Shown piece after piece: positions 1 to 9,162 of a stretch of 59,891 nt of DNA. The first letter of the stretch is position 1. Each line of letters starts with the position of its first letter. The notes below the pieces were generated by a model, which saw only the letters and a list, made by a program, of their open reading frames with translations, searched no databases and had not been told where the DNA came from. Location of the stretch: contig JANNHT010000181.1 in the NCBI GenBank assembly GCA_031404555.1, positions 1 through 59,891 on the forward strand, in the 5' to 3' direction. Both the position numbers and the translations under genes were made by a program. The stretch is from Gammaproteobacteria bacterium (GTDB taxonomy: Bacteria > Pseudomonadota > Gammaproteobacteria > Steroidobacterales > Steroidobacteraceae).

Positions 1-94
1 CCGCGAGCGGCGCAATCTCATATCCGGTGACGCGCTTTGAGTTGTTTTCCCAAACCGGCACGCGGATTTCCTGGTCGAGATCGGCACAGAGGAA

Positions 95-2167
95 TTGCCG
101 CCGAAGAGCCTGCTCGCGCTCGCGGAATCCTTCCGCGATGGCGTTGCGGCAGGACTCGATGCCGCGCATCTCGGGCATGGCGCCGCGCTCGCCTACGCGA
201 CGCCGCGCCGACTCGCGGTGCTGGTGCGCCGCCTCGACGAGGTCCAGCCCGAACAGGCGATCGAGCGGAAGGGCCCGCCGGTGTCGGCCGCCTTCGACTC
301 GGGCGGCAAACCGACGAAAGCCGCGACCGCCTTCGCCGAATCCTGCGGCGTCGCCGTATCCGCCCTCACGCGAGTGACGGAGGCGAAAGGCGAGTTCCTT
401 TTCTGCAGGGCGACGCGGGCGGGCGCGCCCGCGGCCTCGCTCCTGCCCGGCATCGTGCAGGCGGCGCTCGACCGGCTCCCGGTCGCGCGGCGCATGCGCT
501 GGGGCGCAGGCGAGGCACAGTTCGTGCGCCCGGTGCACTGGATCGTGATGCTGCACGGCGAGGACGTCGTGCCCTGTGAGTTGTTCGGTATCCCCGCCGG
601 GCGCATGACCCGCGGCCATCGCTTCCATGCGCCGAAGCCGATCGCGCTCAGGACCCCCGGCGTCTACCTCAAGGCCCTCGAGCGCGGGCATGTGCTCGCC
701 GACCTCGAGGTGCGGCGCGAGCTCATCAAGGCCAAGTCCCGCCTGGCGGCCGCCGCGGAAGGTGGCGAAGCCGTCATCCATTCCGGTGTTCTCGACGAGG
801 TGGTGGCGCTGACCGAATGGCCGGTGCCGATCGCGGGCCATTTCGAGCCCCGCTTCCTCGAGTTACCCCCGGAAGTGCTGCTCGCGACCCTCGAGGGCCA
901 CCAGCGCTACTTCCCGGTCCGCTCCAGGGACGGCAGCCTGCTTCCCCTGTTCATCGCGGTCGCGAACCTCGAGAGCCGGGACCCCAGGGAGGTCCGGGCC
1001 GGCAACGAGCGAGTGGTCCGCCCGCGCCTCTCGGACGCGGCCTTCTTCTACGCGGCCGACCGCAAGTCCACCCTCGAGTCCCGCCGCCTGGCGCTCGGGG
1101 CCGTGACTTTCCAGGCCAGGCTCGGATCGCTCGCCGACAAGAGCGCCCGGATCACCGAGCTCGCCGGCCAGATCGCCCGCACCGCCGGCGGGGACCCGGA
1201 CAAGGCCCAGCGCGCAGCGGAGCTCGCCAAGTGCGACCTGCTGACCGCCATGGTCGGGGAGTTCCCGGAGCTCCAGGGGATCATGGGCCGCTACTACGCC
1301 CTGAACGACGGCGAAGCCGATCAGGTCGCCGCGGCGATTGCCGAGCAATACCTGCCACGCTTTTCCGGGGATGCGCTGCCCGCTACCAGCGTCGGGCTCG
1401 CGCTCGCGGTGGCCGACAAGCTCGACACCCTCGTCGGTATCTTCGCGATCGGCCAGAAACCGACCGGCGCGAAGGACCCGTTTGGTCTCCGCCGTGCCGC
1501 GCTCGGCGTGCTCCGGATCCTGATCGAGACTGGCATCGCGCTCGACCTGCGCGAGCTGATCCGCACCGCGCTCGCCTCCGTCGCGGCGGATCTCGCCCGC
1601 GTCGCGGACCGGGGCAAGCAACCGGCGCCCGCGATTCCGGACAGCGCAGTCGACGACATCTACGGCTACATGATGGAGCGGCTGCGCGCCTGGTACGTCG
1701 AGGGCAAAGGCGAGATCACCACCGAGATGTTCGACGCCGTGCTCGACACGCGCCCGGCGTCGCCGCTCGACTTCGACGATCGCCTGCGCGCGCTCGCGGC
1801 CTTCCTGAAACTGCCCGAAGCGGCGAGCCTGACCGCCGCCAACAAGCGCATCTCGAACATCCTCCGCAAGGCCGGCGAGCAACCGAACCCGCGCGTGGAT
1901 CCGGGCCTGCTCACCGATCCGGACGAGCGCAAGCTCGCGACCGAACTCGAGGCGCTCAGGACCGAAGTCGAGCGGCTTGTGACCTCGCGCCGCTACGCGG
2001 AAGCGCTCGCGAAACTCGCGGCGCTCCGCCCCGCCGTCGACGGATTTTTCGATCGCGTGCTCGTCATGGCGGACGACGTGCGCGTGCGCGCGAATCGCCT
2101 CGCGCTCCTCGCCGCTTTGCAGCGCCTGTTCCTGCACACCGCCAATCTCGCCCGCCTTCCGGGCTGA
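95..2167 (+). CDS. glyS: glycine--tRNA ligase beta subunit (GlyS)
   Basis: 690-aa ORF colinear with GlyS over its whole length (LVEIGTEELPP, RWG..FVRPVHW, KCDLLTAMVGEFPELQG, ANKRISNIL). The conserved FLVEIGTEEL motif begins at nt 68-71. That is upstream of the first ATG/GTG/TTG (TTG 95) and downstream of an in-frame TGA at 38-40, so the true start is unresolved. Confidence 0.93.
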   Translation: MPPKSLLALAESFRDGVAAGLDAAHLGHGAALAYATPRRLAVLVRRLDEVQPEQAIERKGPPVSAAFDSGGKPTKAATAFAESCGVAVSALTRVTEAKGEFLFCRATRAGAPAASLLPGIVQAALDRLPVARRMRWGAGEAQFVRPVHWIVMLHGEDVVPCELFGIPAGRMTRGHRFHAPKPIALRTPGVYLKALERGHVLADLEVRRELIKAKSRLAAAAEGGEAVIHSGVLDEVVALTEWPVPIAGHFEPRFLELPPEVLLATLEGHQRYFPVRSRDGSLLPLFIAVANLESRDPREVRAGNERVVRPRLSDAAFFYAADRKSTLESRRLALGAVTFQARLGSLADKSARITELAGQIARTAGGDPDKAQRAAELAKCDLLTAMVGEFPELQGIMGRYYALNDGEADQVAAAIAEQYLPRFSGDALPATSVGLALAVADKLDTLVGIFAIGQKPTGAKDPFGLRRAALGVLRILIETGIALDLRELIRTALASVAADLARVADRGKQPAPAIPDSAVDDIYGYMMERLRAWYVEGKGEITTEMFDAVLDTRPASPLDFDDRLRALAAFLKLPEAASLTAANKRISNILRKAGEQPNPRVDPGLLTDPDERKLATELEALRTEVERLVTSRRYAEALAKLAALRPAVDGFFDRVLVMADDVRVRANRLALLAALQRLFLHTANLARLPG

Positions 2168-2221
2168 AATGGCCGGCCATACCGGATGTGCATAAGCATC
2201 CGTTTCATGCATAACTGACTG

Positions 2222-3004
2222 ATGAACCAACAAGCCACCGGAACCAGCGCGCATCGCATCGCCGGCTGGCGGAAATTCGCGCCGCTGCAGTGGCTGGGAT
2301 CGCTGATTTTCACCGCGCTGCTGTTCCTTCTGTCTCCGGTCTGGGGCGCGGTGATCACGCTGCTCGGCTGGCTGCCGTTCAGCGGGCTCCATCATTTCGC
2401 GCGCGGCTGGGCGGGATCCAATATGTGGCTCGCGAAATTTTTCTGCGGCCTCGAGTGGGTCGTCGAGGGGCGCGAAAACATCCCGCGCGAGGGCGCGCAT
2501 GTGTCGATGTGGAAGCACACCTCGGCCTGGGAAACGATGGCGCAGATGGTCGTGCTGCCGCCCCAGGCCTGGGTGCTGAAGCGCGAGATTCTCTGGATCC
2601 CTCTCGTCGGCTGGGCGTGCTGGATGTTGAAGTGCATCGCGATCGATCGCGGCGCCGGACACCGCGCCGTCAACCAGGTCCTCGACCAGGGACGCGACCG
2701 GCTCGCCGCCGGCATCTGGGTGCTCGTCTTTCCGGAAGGCACGCGCATGGAGCCGGGCCAGACGCGCAAGTACGGAATGTCGGGCGCGCTCCTCGCGTCG
2801 CAGGCCGGCGTCCACATCGTCCCCGTCGCGCACAACGCCGGATCGTTCTGGCCACGACGCGGCCTGCTCAAGAGACCGGGGCTGATCCGCGTCGTGATCG
2901 GTCCGCCGATCGAAGCCGCTGGCCGGGATCCGCGCGAGCTCAACACCGAGGTGCAGGCGTGGATCGAGAATGAGCAACGGCGACTGGATAGCGCCGGATC
3001 ATGA
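2222..3004 (+). CDS. plsC: 1-acyl-sn-glycerol-3-phosphate acyltransferase (PlsC-type)
   Basis: 260 aa with an N-terminal TM segment, a KHTSAWET box and an FPEGTR motif typical of PlsC/LPLAT enzymes. Its stop overlaps the next ATG (ATGA at 3001-3004). Confidence 0.8.
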   Translation: MNQQATGTSAHRIAGWRKFAPLQWLGSLIFTALLFLLSPVWGAVITLLGWLPFSGLHHFARGWAGSNMWLAKFFCGLEWVVEGRENIPREGAHVSMWKHTSAWETMAQMVVLPPQAWVLKREILWIPLVGWACWMLKCIAIDRGAGHRAVNQVLDQGRDRLAAGIWVLVFPEGTRMEPGQTRKYGMSGALLASQAGVHIVPVAHNAGSFWPRRGLLKRPGLIRVVIGPPIEAAGRDPRELNTEVQAWIENEQRRLDSAGS

Positions 3005-3795
3005 ACGCGATGGTCGATCGCACGCCGCCTCGTCCGATCCGCGATCTCTACTGGCTGCGGGTGGCAACGACGGGGCTGGGCTTCCTGATCTTCGGCGTGT
3101 TCGGATCCCTGCTCGGGATCCTGGTCGTGCCGCTCCTCCTGATCCTGCCAGGCAAAGCGGCGACCCGGCGGGTGCGGGTCCGGCGGATGCTCCGCCTGGC
3201 ATTCCGGGCCTTTGCCGGGTTCATGCACCACAGCGGCGCCATCAGCTACTCGATGGCCGGGGTCGAGCGCCTGGGCCGGCCGGGCCAGCTGATCATCGCC
3301 AACCACCCTTCCCTGATAGACATCGTCCTGCTGATCGCCCATGTCCCGGGGGCCGGCTGCGTGGTCAAACGGGCCGCCTGGCGAAACCCCAGCATGGTGC
3401 TCGCCGTGAGCGCCGCGGGTTACGTGCCGAATGCCCCCACCGACCGGATGATCGAGCGGGCGGCCGCCCTCCTGGCCGCGGGCGAGAGCCTGATCATGTT
3501 CCCCGAGGGCACCCGCACCGTCCCCGACCACGAGCGGCACTTCCACCGGGGCGCCGCCAGCGTCGCGCTCCGAAGCGCCCGGATCGTCACCCCGGTCTAC
3601 ATCCGCGTGGAGCCGCCGGCGCTCATGAAGGGGGTGCCCTGGTACCGGATTCCGGTGCCGCGGGCCCACTACGCGCTCCGGGTCGGGACGGACATCGATC
3701 TCGCGCCCTTCCGCGATCAGCCGCTGCCCATCGCCTCGCGCGCACTGAACGATTGCTTCATAAGGACGTATGCGCAGGCGACCGGCACGCACTAG
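3001..3795 (+). CDS. lysophospholipid acyltransferase family protein (aryl-polyene locus)
   Basis: 264 aa with TM segments, an HX4D box (NHPSLID) and FPEGTR. It is the first gene of the plus-strand pigment operon. Confidence 0.8.
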   Translation: MNAMVDRTPPRPIRDLYWLRVATTGLGFLIFGVFGSLLGILVVPLLLILPGKAATRRVRVRRMLRLAFRAFAGFMHHSGAISYSMAGVERLGRPGQLIIANHPSLIDIVLLIAHVPGAGCVVKRAAWRNPSMVLAVSAAGYVPNAPTDRMIERAAALLAAGESLIMFPEGTRTVPDHERHFHRGAASVALRSARIVTPVYIRVEPPALMKGVPWYRIPVPRAHYALRVGTDIDLAPFRDQPLPIASRALNDCFIRTYAQATGTH

Positions 3796-3834
3796 AATGG
3801 CGCTTCAGGGGAACGGCTGATCCGGCTTCATCGG

Positions 3835-4086
3835 ATGCACGATAAAGATACTGTTTTCAAGGAGTTGCGAGCAACGCTCGTCGAGCTGTTCGAGCTCGAT
3901 CCTGCGCGCATTACGCCCGAGACCCACCTGTATGACGATCTCCAGATCGACAGCATCGACGCGATCGATCTGATGGAGCGGCTGCACCGGCAGACGGGCC
4001 GGAAAGTCGCCACGGAGCGCTTCCGGTCGGTGCGGACGGTCTCCGACCTGGTCGACACGGTTCACCAGCTCGTCAACCAGGCCTGA
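3835..4086 (+). CDS. acyl carrier protein
   Basis: 83 aa, acidic, with phosphopantetheine attachment motif LQIDSIDAIDL. Confidence 0.85.
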   Translation: MHDKDTVFKELRATLVELFELDPARITPETHLYDDLQIDSIDAIDLMERLHRQTGRKVATERFRSVRTVSDLVDTVHQLVNQA

Positions 4087-4101
4087 CCCCCCGGCTGCCC
4101 T

Positions 4102-4890
4102 GTGGTCGCATCGAGCCCGGCAGCCCCGGCCCCGCGCATCTGTGCCGTCGTGCCGGTGTATGAACACCAACGCCCCCTCGTCGCCGTCCTCGCTGCCCTG
4201 CGGCGGGAAAGGCTCGACTGCCTGCTGATCGACGACGGTTCGGGCAGCGACTGCGCGCGCGCGCTCGATGCCATGGCGGCGGCGGACCCCGCGGTTTTCG
4301 TGCTCCATCTCCCGTCCAACCAGGGCAAGGGCGCGGCGGTCGCCGCCGGATTCCTGGCCGCGCGGGAGCGCGGCTTCACGCACGCACTCCAGATCGACGC
4401 CGACGGCCAGCATGCCCTCGCCGACATCGCGCGATTCGTCGGCGAGACCCGTTCCAGCCCGGACGCCCTGGTCTGCGGCCGGCCGCGTTTCGGTGCCGAC
4501 GCACCGCGCTCGCGCATCTACGGCCGCCGCCTCACGCAGTTCTGGGTCGCGATCCACACCTTGTCCCGCGGTGTGCCGGATGCGATGTGCGGGTTTCGTG
4601 TCTATCCGCTCGCGCCGGTCGCGGCGCTCATCGGCCGCGCGCCGTTCGGCCGGCGCATGGACTTCGACATCGAGATCCTGGTGCGGCTGCACTGGCTGGG
4701 TGTGCCGATGCGCTCGATCGACACGGCAGTCCGCTATCCGGCCGACGGCCGCTCGCACTTCCGGATGTGGCGTGACAACCTGCTGATCACCCGGGCGCAC
4801 ACACTGTTGTTCTTCGGCATGCTGAAGCGATCGCCGGCCCTGCTCGCCCGCAAGCTGGCGCGACCGCGTAGCATCCACATCGCGGCATAG
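4102..4890 (+). CDS. family 2 glycosyltransferase
   Basis: 262 aa with VVPVYEH...LLIDDGSGSD, QGKGAAV and LQIDADGQH (DxD) motifs of the GT2 fold. Confidence 0.8.
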   Translation: MVASSPAAPAPRICAVVPVYEHQRPLVAVLAALRRERLDCLLIDDGSGSDCARALDAMAAADPAVFVLHLPSNQGKGAAVAAGFLAARERGFTHALQIDADGQHALADIARFVGETRSSPDALVCGRPRFGADAPRSRIYGRRLTQFWVAIHTLSRGVPDAMCGFRVYPLAPVAALIGRAPFGRRMDFDIEILVRLHWLGVPMRSIDTAVRYPADGRSHFRMWRDNLLITRAHTLLFFGMLKRSPALLARKLARPRSIHIAA

Positions 4891-4895
4891 CACAC

Positions 4896-5342
4896 ATGCG
4901 GAAACAGGGACGCATCACCGAGACCACCGAAGTCGTCGTCGCTTTTTACGACGTCGACCTGATGGCGATCGTCTGGCACGGCCACTACCTGAAGTACCTC
5001 GAGAACGCGCGCTGGACGCTGATGAACCGCATCGACTACGGATTCGAGGCGATGACGGGCTCCGGCTTTCTCTGGCCGATCATCGAGGCGCACCTGCGCT
5101 ACGTGCGCCCCGCGCGCTTCGGCGATCGGCTCGCCGTCGCGGCTTCGCTCGTCGAATGGGAGAACCGCGTGGCGATCAACTATCTCATCACCGACGCCGC
5201 GACGAAGACCCGCGTCGCGCGCGGTCGCACCGTGCAGGTTGCGGTCGAGACGGCGAGCGGCGAACTCCAGTACGAGTCCCCGCGCGCCTTCGTCTCGGTG
5301 GTCGAGCGCTGTCTCGCATCCATTGGCGGGCGAAAGACATGA
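4896..5342 (+). CDS. acyl-CoA/acyl-ACP thioesterase (4HBT/YbgC hotdog family)
   Basis: 148 aa with an N-terminal YDVDLMAIVWHGHYLKYLE motif characteristic of YbgC/4-hydroxybenzoyl-CoA thioesterase-type hotdog proteins. Confidence 0.85.
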   Translation: MRKQGRITETTEVVVAFYDVDLMAIVWHGHYLKYLENARWTLMNRIDYGFEAMTGSGFLWPIIEAHLRYVRPARFGDRLAVAASLVEWENRVAINYLITDAATKTRVARGRTVQVAVETASGELQYESPRAFVSVVERCLASIGGRKT

Positions 5343-6067
5343 GCGCGAGCGTGCTCGTGACCGGATCGAGCCGCGGCATCGGCCGGGCTATTGCGCTGCG
5401 CCTCGCTCAGGACGGCTATGACCCCGTCGTCCACTGCCGCAGCCGCGAACAGGAAGCGCGCGCCGTGGTCGACGAGATCGGCCGGTCCGGCCGCGCAGCG
5501 CGGCTCCTCACTTTCGACGTCGCCGACCGCGCAGCGGCGAGAAACGCGCTCGAGGCGGACATCGCGGCGCACGGCGCGTACTACGGCGTCGTCTGCAATG
5601 CGGGCATCGCGCGCGACGGCGCGTTTCCGGCTCTCGACGATGCAGCCTGGGACGACGTGATCCGCACCAACCTCGACGGCTTCTACAACGTGCTGCATCC
5701 GCTCGTGATGCCGATGGTGCGCCGGCGCCAGCCCGGGCGGATCGTGACCATCGCCTCCGTCGCAGGCCTGATCGGCAACCGCGGCCAGGTGAATTACAGC
5801 GCGGCGAAGGCCGGCATCATCGGCGCGACGCGCGCGCTCGCGGTCGAGCTCGCGAGCCGCGAGATCACGGTCAACTGCGTCGCGCCCGGCCTGATCGCGA
5901 CCGACATGATCGATTCAACGACGCCGGTCGAGAAGATCCTCGAGCAGGTTCCCGCCGGGCGCATCGGCAGGCCGGAGGAGGTCGCGGCGCTCGTCAGCTT
6001 CCTGATGTCGCCCGACGCGGCCTACATCACGCGGCAGGTCATCTCGGTCAACGGCGGGCTTGCATGA
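5339..6067 (+). CDS. 3-oxoacyl-ACP reductase (FabG-like SDR)
   Basis: Internal ATG at 5339 overlaps the upstream stop (ATGA). Carries TGSSRGIGRAIA cofactor motif and YSAAKAG (YxxxK) catalytic motif. The upstream part of ORF 5156-6067 is Arg-rich with no similarity to anything I recognise. Confidence 0.9.
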   Translation: MSASVLVTGSSRGIGRAIALRLAQDGYDPVVHCRSREQEARAVVDEIGRSGRAARLLTFDVADRAAARNALEADIAAHGAYYGVVCNAGIARDGAFPALDDAAWDDVIRTNLDGFYNVLHPLVMPMVRRRQPGRIVTIASVAGLIGNRGQVNYSAAKAGIIGATRALAVELASREITVNCVAPGLIATDMIDSTTPVEKILEQVPAGRIGRPEEVAALVSFLMSPDAAYITRQVISVNGGLA

Positions 6068-7293
6068 CGGCACGCGTCGTCGTCACCGGCATGGGCGGTG
6101 TCACCGCGCTCGGCTCGAACTGGCCGGACATCCGCGCCGGGCTCAAGCGATGCCGAAACGCCGTGCGCTACATGGGGGAATGGGAGCCGCTTGTGGATCT
6201 CGCCACGCGGCTCGGCGCGCCGATCGACGGCTTCGAGCCGCCGGCGCACTGGACCCGCAAACAGCTGCGCAGCATGGGTCGCGTGTCGCAGTTCGCGGTG
6301 CGCGCCTCCGAACTCGCGCTCGCCGATGCCGGCTTGTCGGAGGACGCGTCGATCCGCGACGGGCGCATGGGTGTCGCCTGCGGATCCTCGGTCGGCAGCA
6401 CGCCGGACATCCGCAACTTCGTCGAGATGCTCCAGACCGGCAAGACCGGCGGCCTCAACGCGAATTCCTATGTGCGGATGATGCCGCACACGGCCGCGGC
6501 AAATGTCGGCATCTTCTTCGCGCTCACCGGGCGAATCATCCCGACGTCCAGCGCCTGCACCTCCGGCAGCCAGGGCATCGGCTATGCGTACGAATCCATC
6601 CGCTCCGGGCGCCAGCTGATGATGCTCGCGGGCGGCGCGGAGGAGCTGTGCCCGAGCGAGGCGATCGCCTTCGATTTTCTCTATGCGACCAGCCGCCGGA
6701 ACGACCGCCCGGAGACGACGCCGCGGCCCTACGACCGCGACCGCGATGGCCTCGTCATCGGCGAGGGCGCGGCGATGCTCGTGCTCGAGGACCGCGACCA
6801 CGCGCTTGCGCGCGGCGCGCGCATCCACGCGGAGGTCGCCGGGTTCGCGAGCAACTCGGACGGCGCGCACGTGACGAAGCCGGTCGAGGCGACGATGCGC
6901 CGGGTGATGGAACTCGCGCTCGCCGATGCGGGGCTGGAGCCAGTCGCGATCGGCTACGTCAACGGCCACGGCACGGCGACCGAGCACGGCGACATCGCGG
7001 AGACGCGCGCGACCGCGTCGCTGTTCACGGGTGGCGTGCCGTTCAGCACGCAGAAGAGCTATCTCGGCCACACGCTCGGCGCCTGCGGCGCGATGGAAGC
7101 CTGGTTCACGATTGAGATGATGAACGACGGCTGGCACGCGCCGACCATCAACCTCGACTTGATCGACCCGCTGTGCGGCGCGCTCGACTACATCACGGGC
7201 GCGGGCCGCGAGCTCGACGTCCAGTACGCGATGAGCAACAACTTCGCGTTCGGCGGCGTCAACACGTCGCTGATCTTCCGGCGCGGCCGCTGA
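6064..7293 (+). CDS. beta-ketoacyl-ACP synthase (KAS I/II type)
   Basis: 409 aa with active-site SSACTSG, HGTATEHGD and GHTLGACGA (Cys-His-His triad). Its start overlaps the FabG-like stop. Confidence 0.9.
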   Translation: MTARVVVTGMGGVTALGSNWPDIRAGLKRCRNAVRYMGEWEPLVDLATRLGAPIDGFEPPAHWTRKQLRSMGRVSQFAVRASELALADAGLSEDASIRDGRMGVACGSSVGSTPDIRNFVEMLQTGKTGGLNANSYVRMMPHTAAANVGIFFALTGRIIPTSSACTSGSQGIGYAYESIRSGRQLMMLAGGAEELCPSEAIAFDFLYATSRRNDRPETTPRPYDRDRDGLVIGEGAAMLVLEDRDHALARGARIHAEVAGFASNSDGAHVTKPVEATMRRVMELALADAGLEPVAIGYVNGHGTATEHGDIAETRATASLFTGGVPFSTQKSYLGHTLGACGAMEAWFTIEMMNDGWHAPTINLDLIDPLCGALDYITGAGRELDVQYAMSNNFAFGGVNTSLIFRRGR

Positions 7294-7303
7294 CGCGGCG
7301 CGC

Positions 7304-8650
7304 ATGGCGCTGAAGAGAAAGGGGCTGGCCCGCGCGCTGCCGCGCGGTTTTCGGTCGTCTGAAGCATTCCTGCGGGAGGGCGCGGCGCAGATGACGGCCT
7401 CCGCGTTCCGGGCGGCCGTCGCTTCCGTGGCATCCTCGCTGCCCGCGGATGGCACCCTGGTCAATGCCTGCGCGAGCCGCCTTCGCTTCCTGATCGCCTT
7501 TGCCGCCGCAGTTGCGCGCGGGCGCACCACGCTGCTGCCCGCCTCGCATGCATCCGCTGCGCTCGCGGAGCTCGTCGCCGCACATCCGGGCTGCGTTGTG
7601 ATCGACGACGCGTTCGTCGGGTCCGCGACGGGCCGCGGCCGGCACGGCCACGCATGGCCGCGGGCCGAGTTCATCGCCGCCATCGCCCACACCTCCGGCA
7701 GCACCGGATGCCCGGTCGCCCACGCCAAGCACTGGTCCGGCCTCCAAGCCATCACCGCCCGAAACGCCGCGACGCTTCGCACCGCGATGTCCGCAGCCGA
7801 GCGGCGCAAGCGCCCGTGGATCGTCGCGACCGTGCCGCCGCAGCACATGTACGGACTCGAGATTTCCGTGCTGCTGCCGCTCCTCGGCGGCTTCGGCATC
7901 CACGGCGGCCGGCCGCTGTTGCCCGCGGATGTCGCGGCCGCGCTCGCGCAGGTGCCGGCGCCGCGCGTGCTCGTGAGCTCGCCGGTCCACCTGCGGGTGC
8001 TCGCCGAATCCGACGCTGTGTTTCCGGAGGTCGCAGTCGTCGCATCGGCGACCGCGCCGCTGTCGCAGGATCTCGCGCGCCGCGTCGAGCGCCGCCTGGG
8101 CGCCGTGCTGGTCGAGCTCTTTGGCTCGACCGAAACCTGCGTCATTGCGACGCGGCGCACCGCGCGGCAGTCGCGCTGGCGGCCGTATCGCGGCGTGCGG
8201 CTGGAGCCGGCTGCGGCCGGAACGCGGGTGCGCGCGCCGTGGTTCCGCGAGCCGCAGCTCCTGCAGGACATCCTCGAGCGGGGCCGCGGCAGATTCAGCG
8301 TCGTCGGCCGTCACAACGACCTCGTCGAGATCGCCGGCAAGCGCGCCTCGCTCGCGGATCTGACGCGCCGCATCGCGGCCCTGCCGGGCGTGCGCGATGC
8401 CTACGTGTTCCGGCCCGCGGCGAGAAGCGGCGCCGGCATCCCGCGCTGCGCGGCGCTGGCCGTCGCGCCGGGAATCCCGGCTGAGCGGATACTGGAACAA
8501 TTGCGCCAGCAGGTGGACGCCGTCTTCCTGCCGCGGCCGCTGGTCCTGGTCGACGCGTTGCCGCGAAACGACGTCGGTAAGCTCTCGCTCGCCCAGGCGG
8601 AGAAACTCCTCGCGGCTACTGGAGCTTCACGACCTCGCCGCGGAAAGTGA
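7304..8650 (+). CDS. AMP-dependent synthetase/ligase (aryl-acid:ACP ligase type of aryl-polyene loci)
   Basis: 448 aa with adenylation core motifs HTSGSTGCP, FGSTETC, GRHNDLVEIAGKR and PRNDVGK. Confidence 0.8.
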   Translation: MALKRKGLARALPRGFRSSEAFLREGAAQMTASAFRAAVASVASSLPADGTLVNACASRLRFLIAFAAAVARGRTTLLPASHASAALAELVAAHPGCVVIDDAFVGSATGRGRHGHAWPRAEFIAAIAHTSGSTGCPVAHAKHWSGLQAITARNAATLRTAMSAAERRKRPWIVATVPPQHMYGLEISVLLPLLGGFGIHGGRPLLPADVAAALAQVPAPRVLVSSPVHLRVLAESDAVFPEVAVVASATAPLSQDLARRVERRLGAVLVELFGSTETCVIATRRTARQSRWRPYRGVRLEPAAAGTRVRAPWFREPQLLQDILERGRGRFSVVGRHNDLVEIAGKRASLADLTRRIAALPGVRDAYVFRPAARSGAGIPRCAALAVAPGIPAERILEQLRQQVDAVFLPRPLVLVDALPRNDVGKLSLAQAEKLLAATGASRPRRGK

Positions 8651-9071
8651 CGCCCGACATCAGCGCGCCGCTGCCGCATTCATATTCGGTCGTGCTCGAC
8701 ACCGGCACGGCGCGGTAGTAGCTCGTGATGTTGATGACGGCGTCGCCGCCGAGCTGCAGGGCGCGATCCTGGAACGAGATCATCGCGGACAGGAAGGTCC
8801 ACTCGCAGGCCTCCTTGTCCGAGCGGCCGACGCCGCGCGTCTTCTTGTTGGACTGGAACTCGCCGTGGCTCTTCGCGACCGCGGGGTGCGCGCTATCGCC
8901 GAAGAAGAACCGGATGCCGCGGTTGAGCTGCGCCTTGGCATCCACGGTGTTCATGGCATCCGCGATCGGCCATAGGCCGCGGGTGTCGCGCGCCGTCGTC
9001 TGCGACGGCGCGAGCAGTCCGATCGCGGCGATCGAGACGGCTGAGATGATGATCAGTGCGGGGATTTTCAT
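8616..9071 (-). CDS. small exported protein of unknown function (family often mislabelled excinuclease ATPase subunit)
   Basis: 151 aa with a signal peptide (MKIPALIIISAVSIAAIGLLA). The conserved pattern DKEACEWTFLSA...GGDAVINITSYY...EYECGSGALMSGV resembles small periplasmic proteins of Pseudomonas/Acinetobacter, from memory only. Confidence 0.65.
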   Translation of the reverse strand: MKIPALIIISAVSIAAIGLLAPSQTTARDTRGLWPIADAMNTVDAKAQLNRGIRFFFGDSAHPAVAKSHGEFQSNKKTRGVGRSDKEACEWTFLSAMISFQDRALQLGGDAVINITSYYRAVPVSSTTEYECGSGALMSGVTFRGEVVKLQ

Positions 9072-9162
9072 GCCGGCATCCTCGTTGTTGCTCCGGGCCG
9101 CCTGCCCGGCATCCGCCTGAACGGCAGCATACTGCGCGGCATTTTATGCCGACAAGCCGCCG

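Noticed and set aside
2169-2205. Palindrome ATGGCCGGCCAT and hairpin cggatg-N8-catccg-ttt after the glyS stop, considered as a terminator
   Set aside because: The stem is short (6 bp) with a large loop and only three T residues. plsC follows within 55 nt, so read-through or an attenuator is equally plausible, and the evidence is too weak to list as a feature.
863-2977. 704-aa ORF antisense to glyS and plsC
   Set aside because: It is a mirror-frame ORF of a very GC-rich region. It is Arg/Ala/Gly/Pro/Asp-rich with no recognisable motif, and it fully overlaps two genes whose products are unmistakable.
6022-8271. 749-aa ORF antisense to the KAS and AMP-ligase genes
   Set aside because: Same GC-driven artefact. 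It has low-complexity Arg/Ala/Ser composition, no domain signatures, and overlaps two confidently identified genes.
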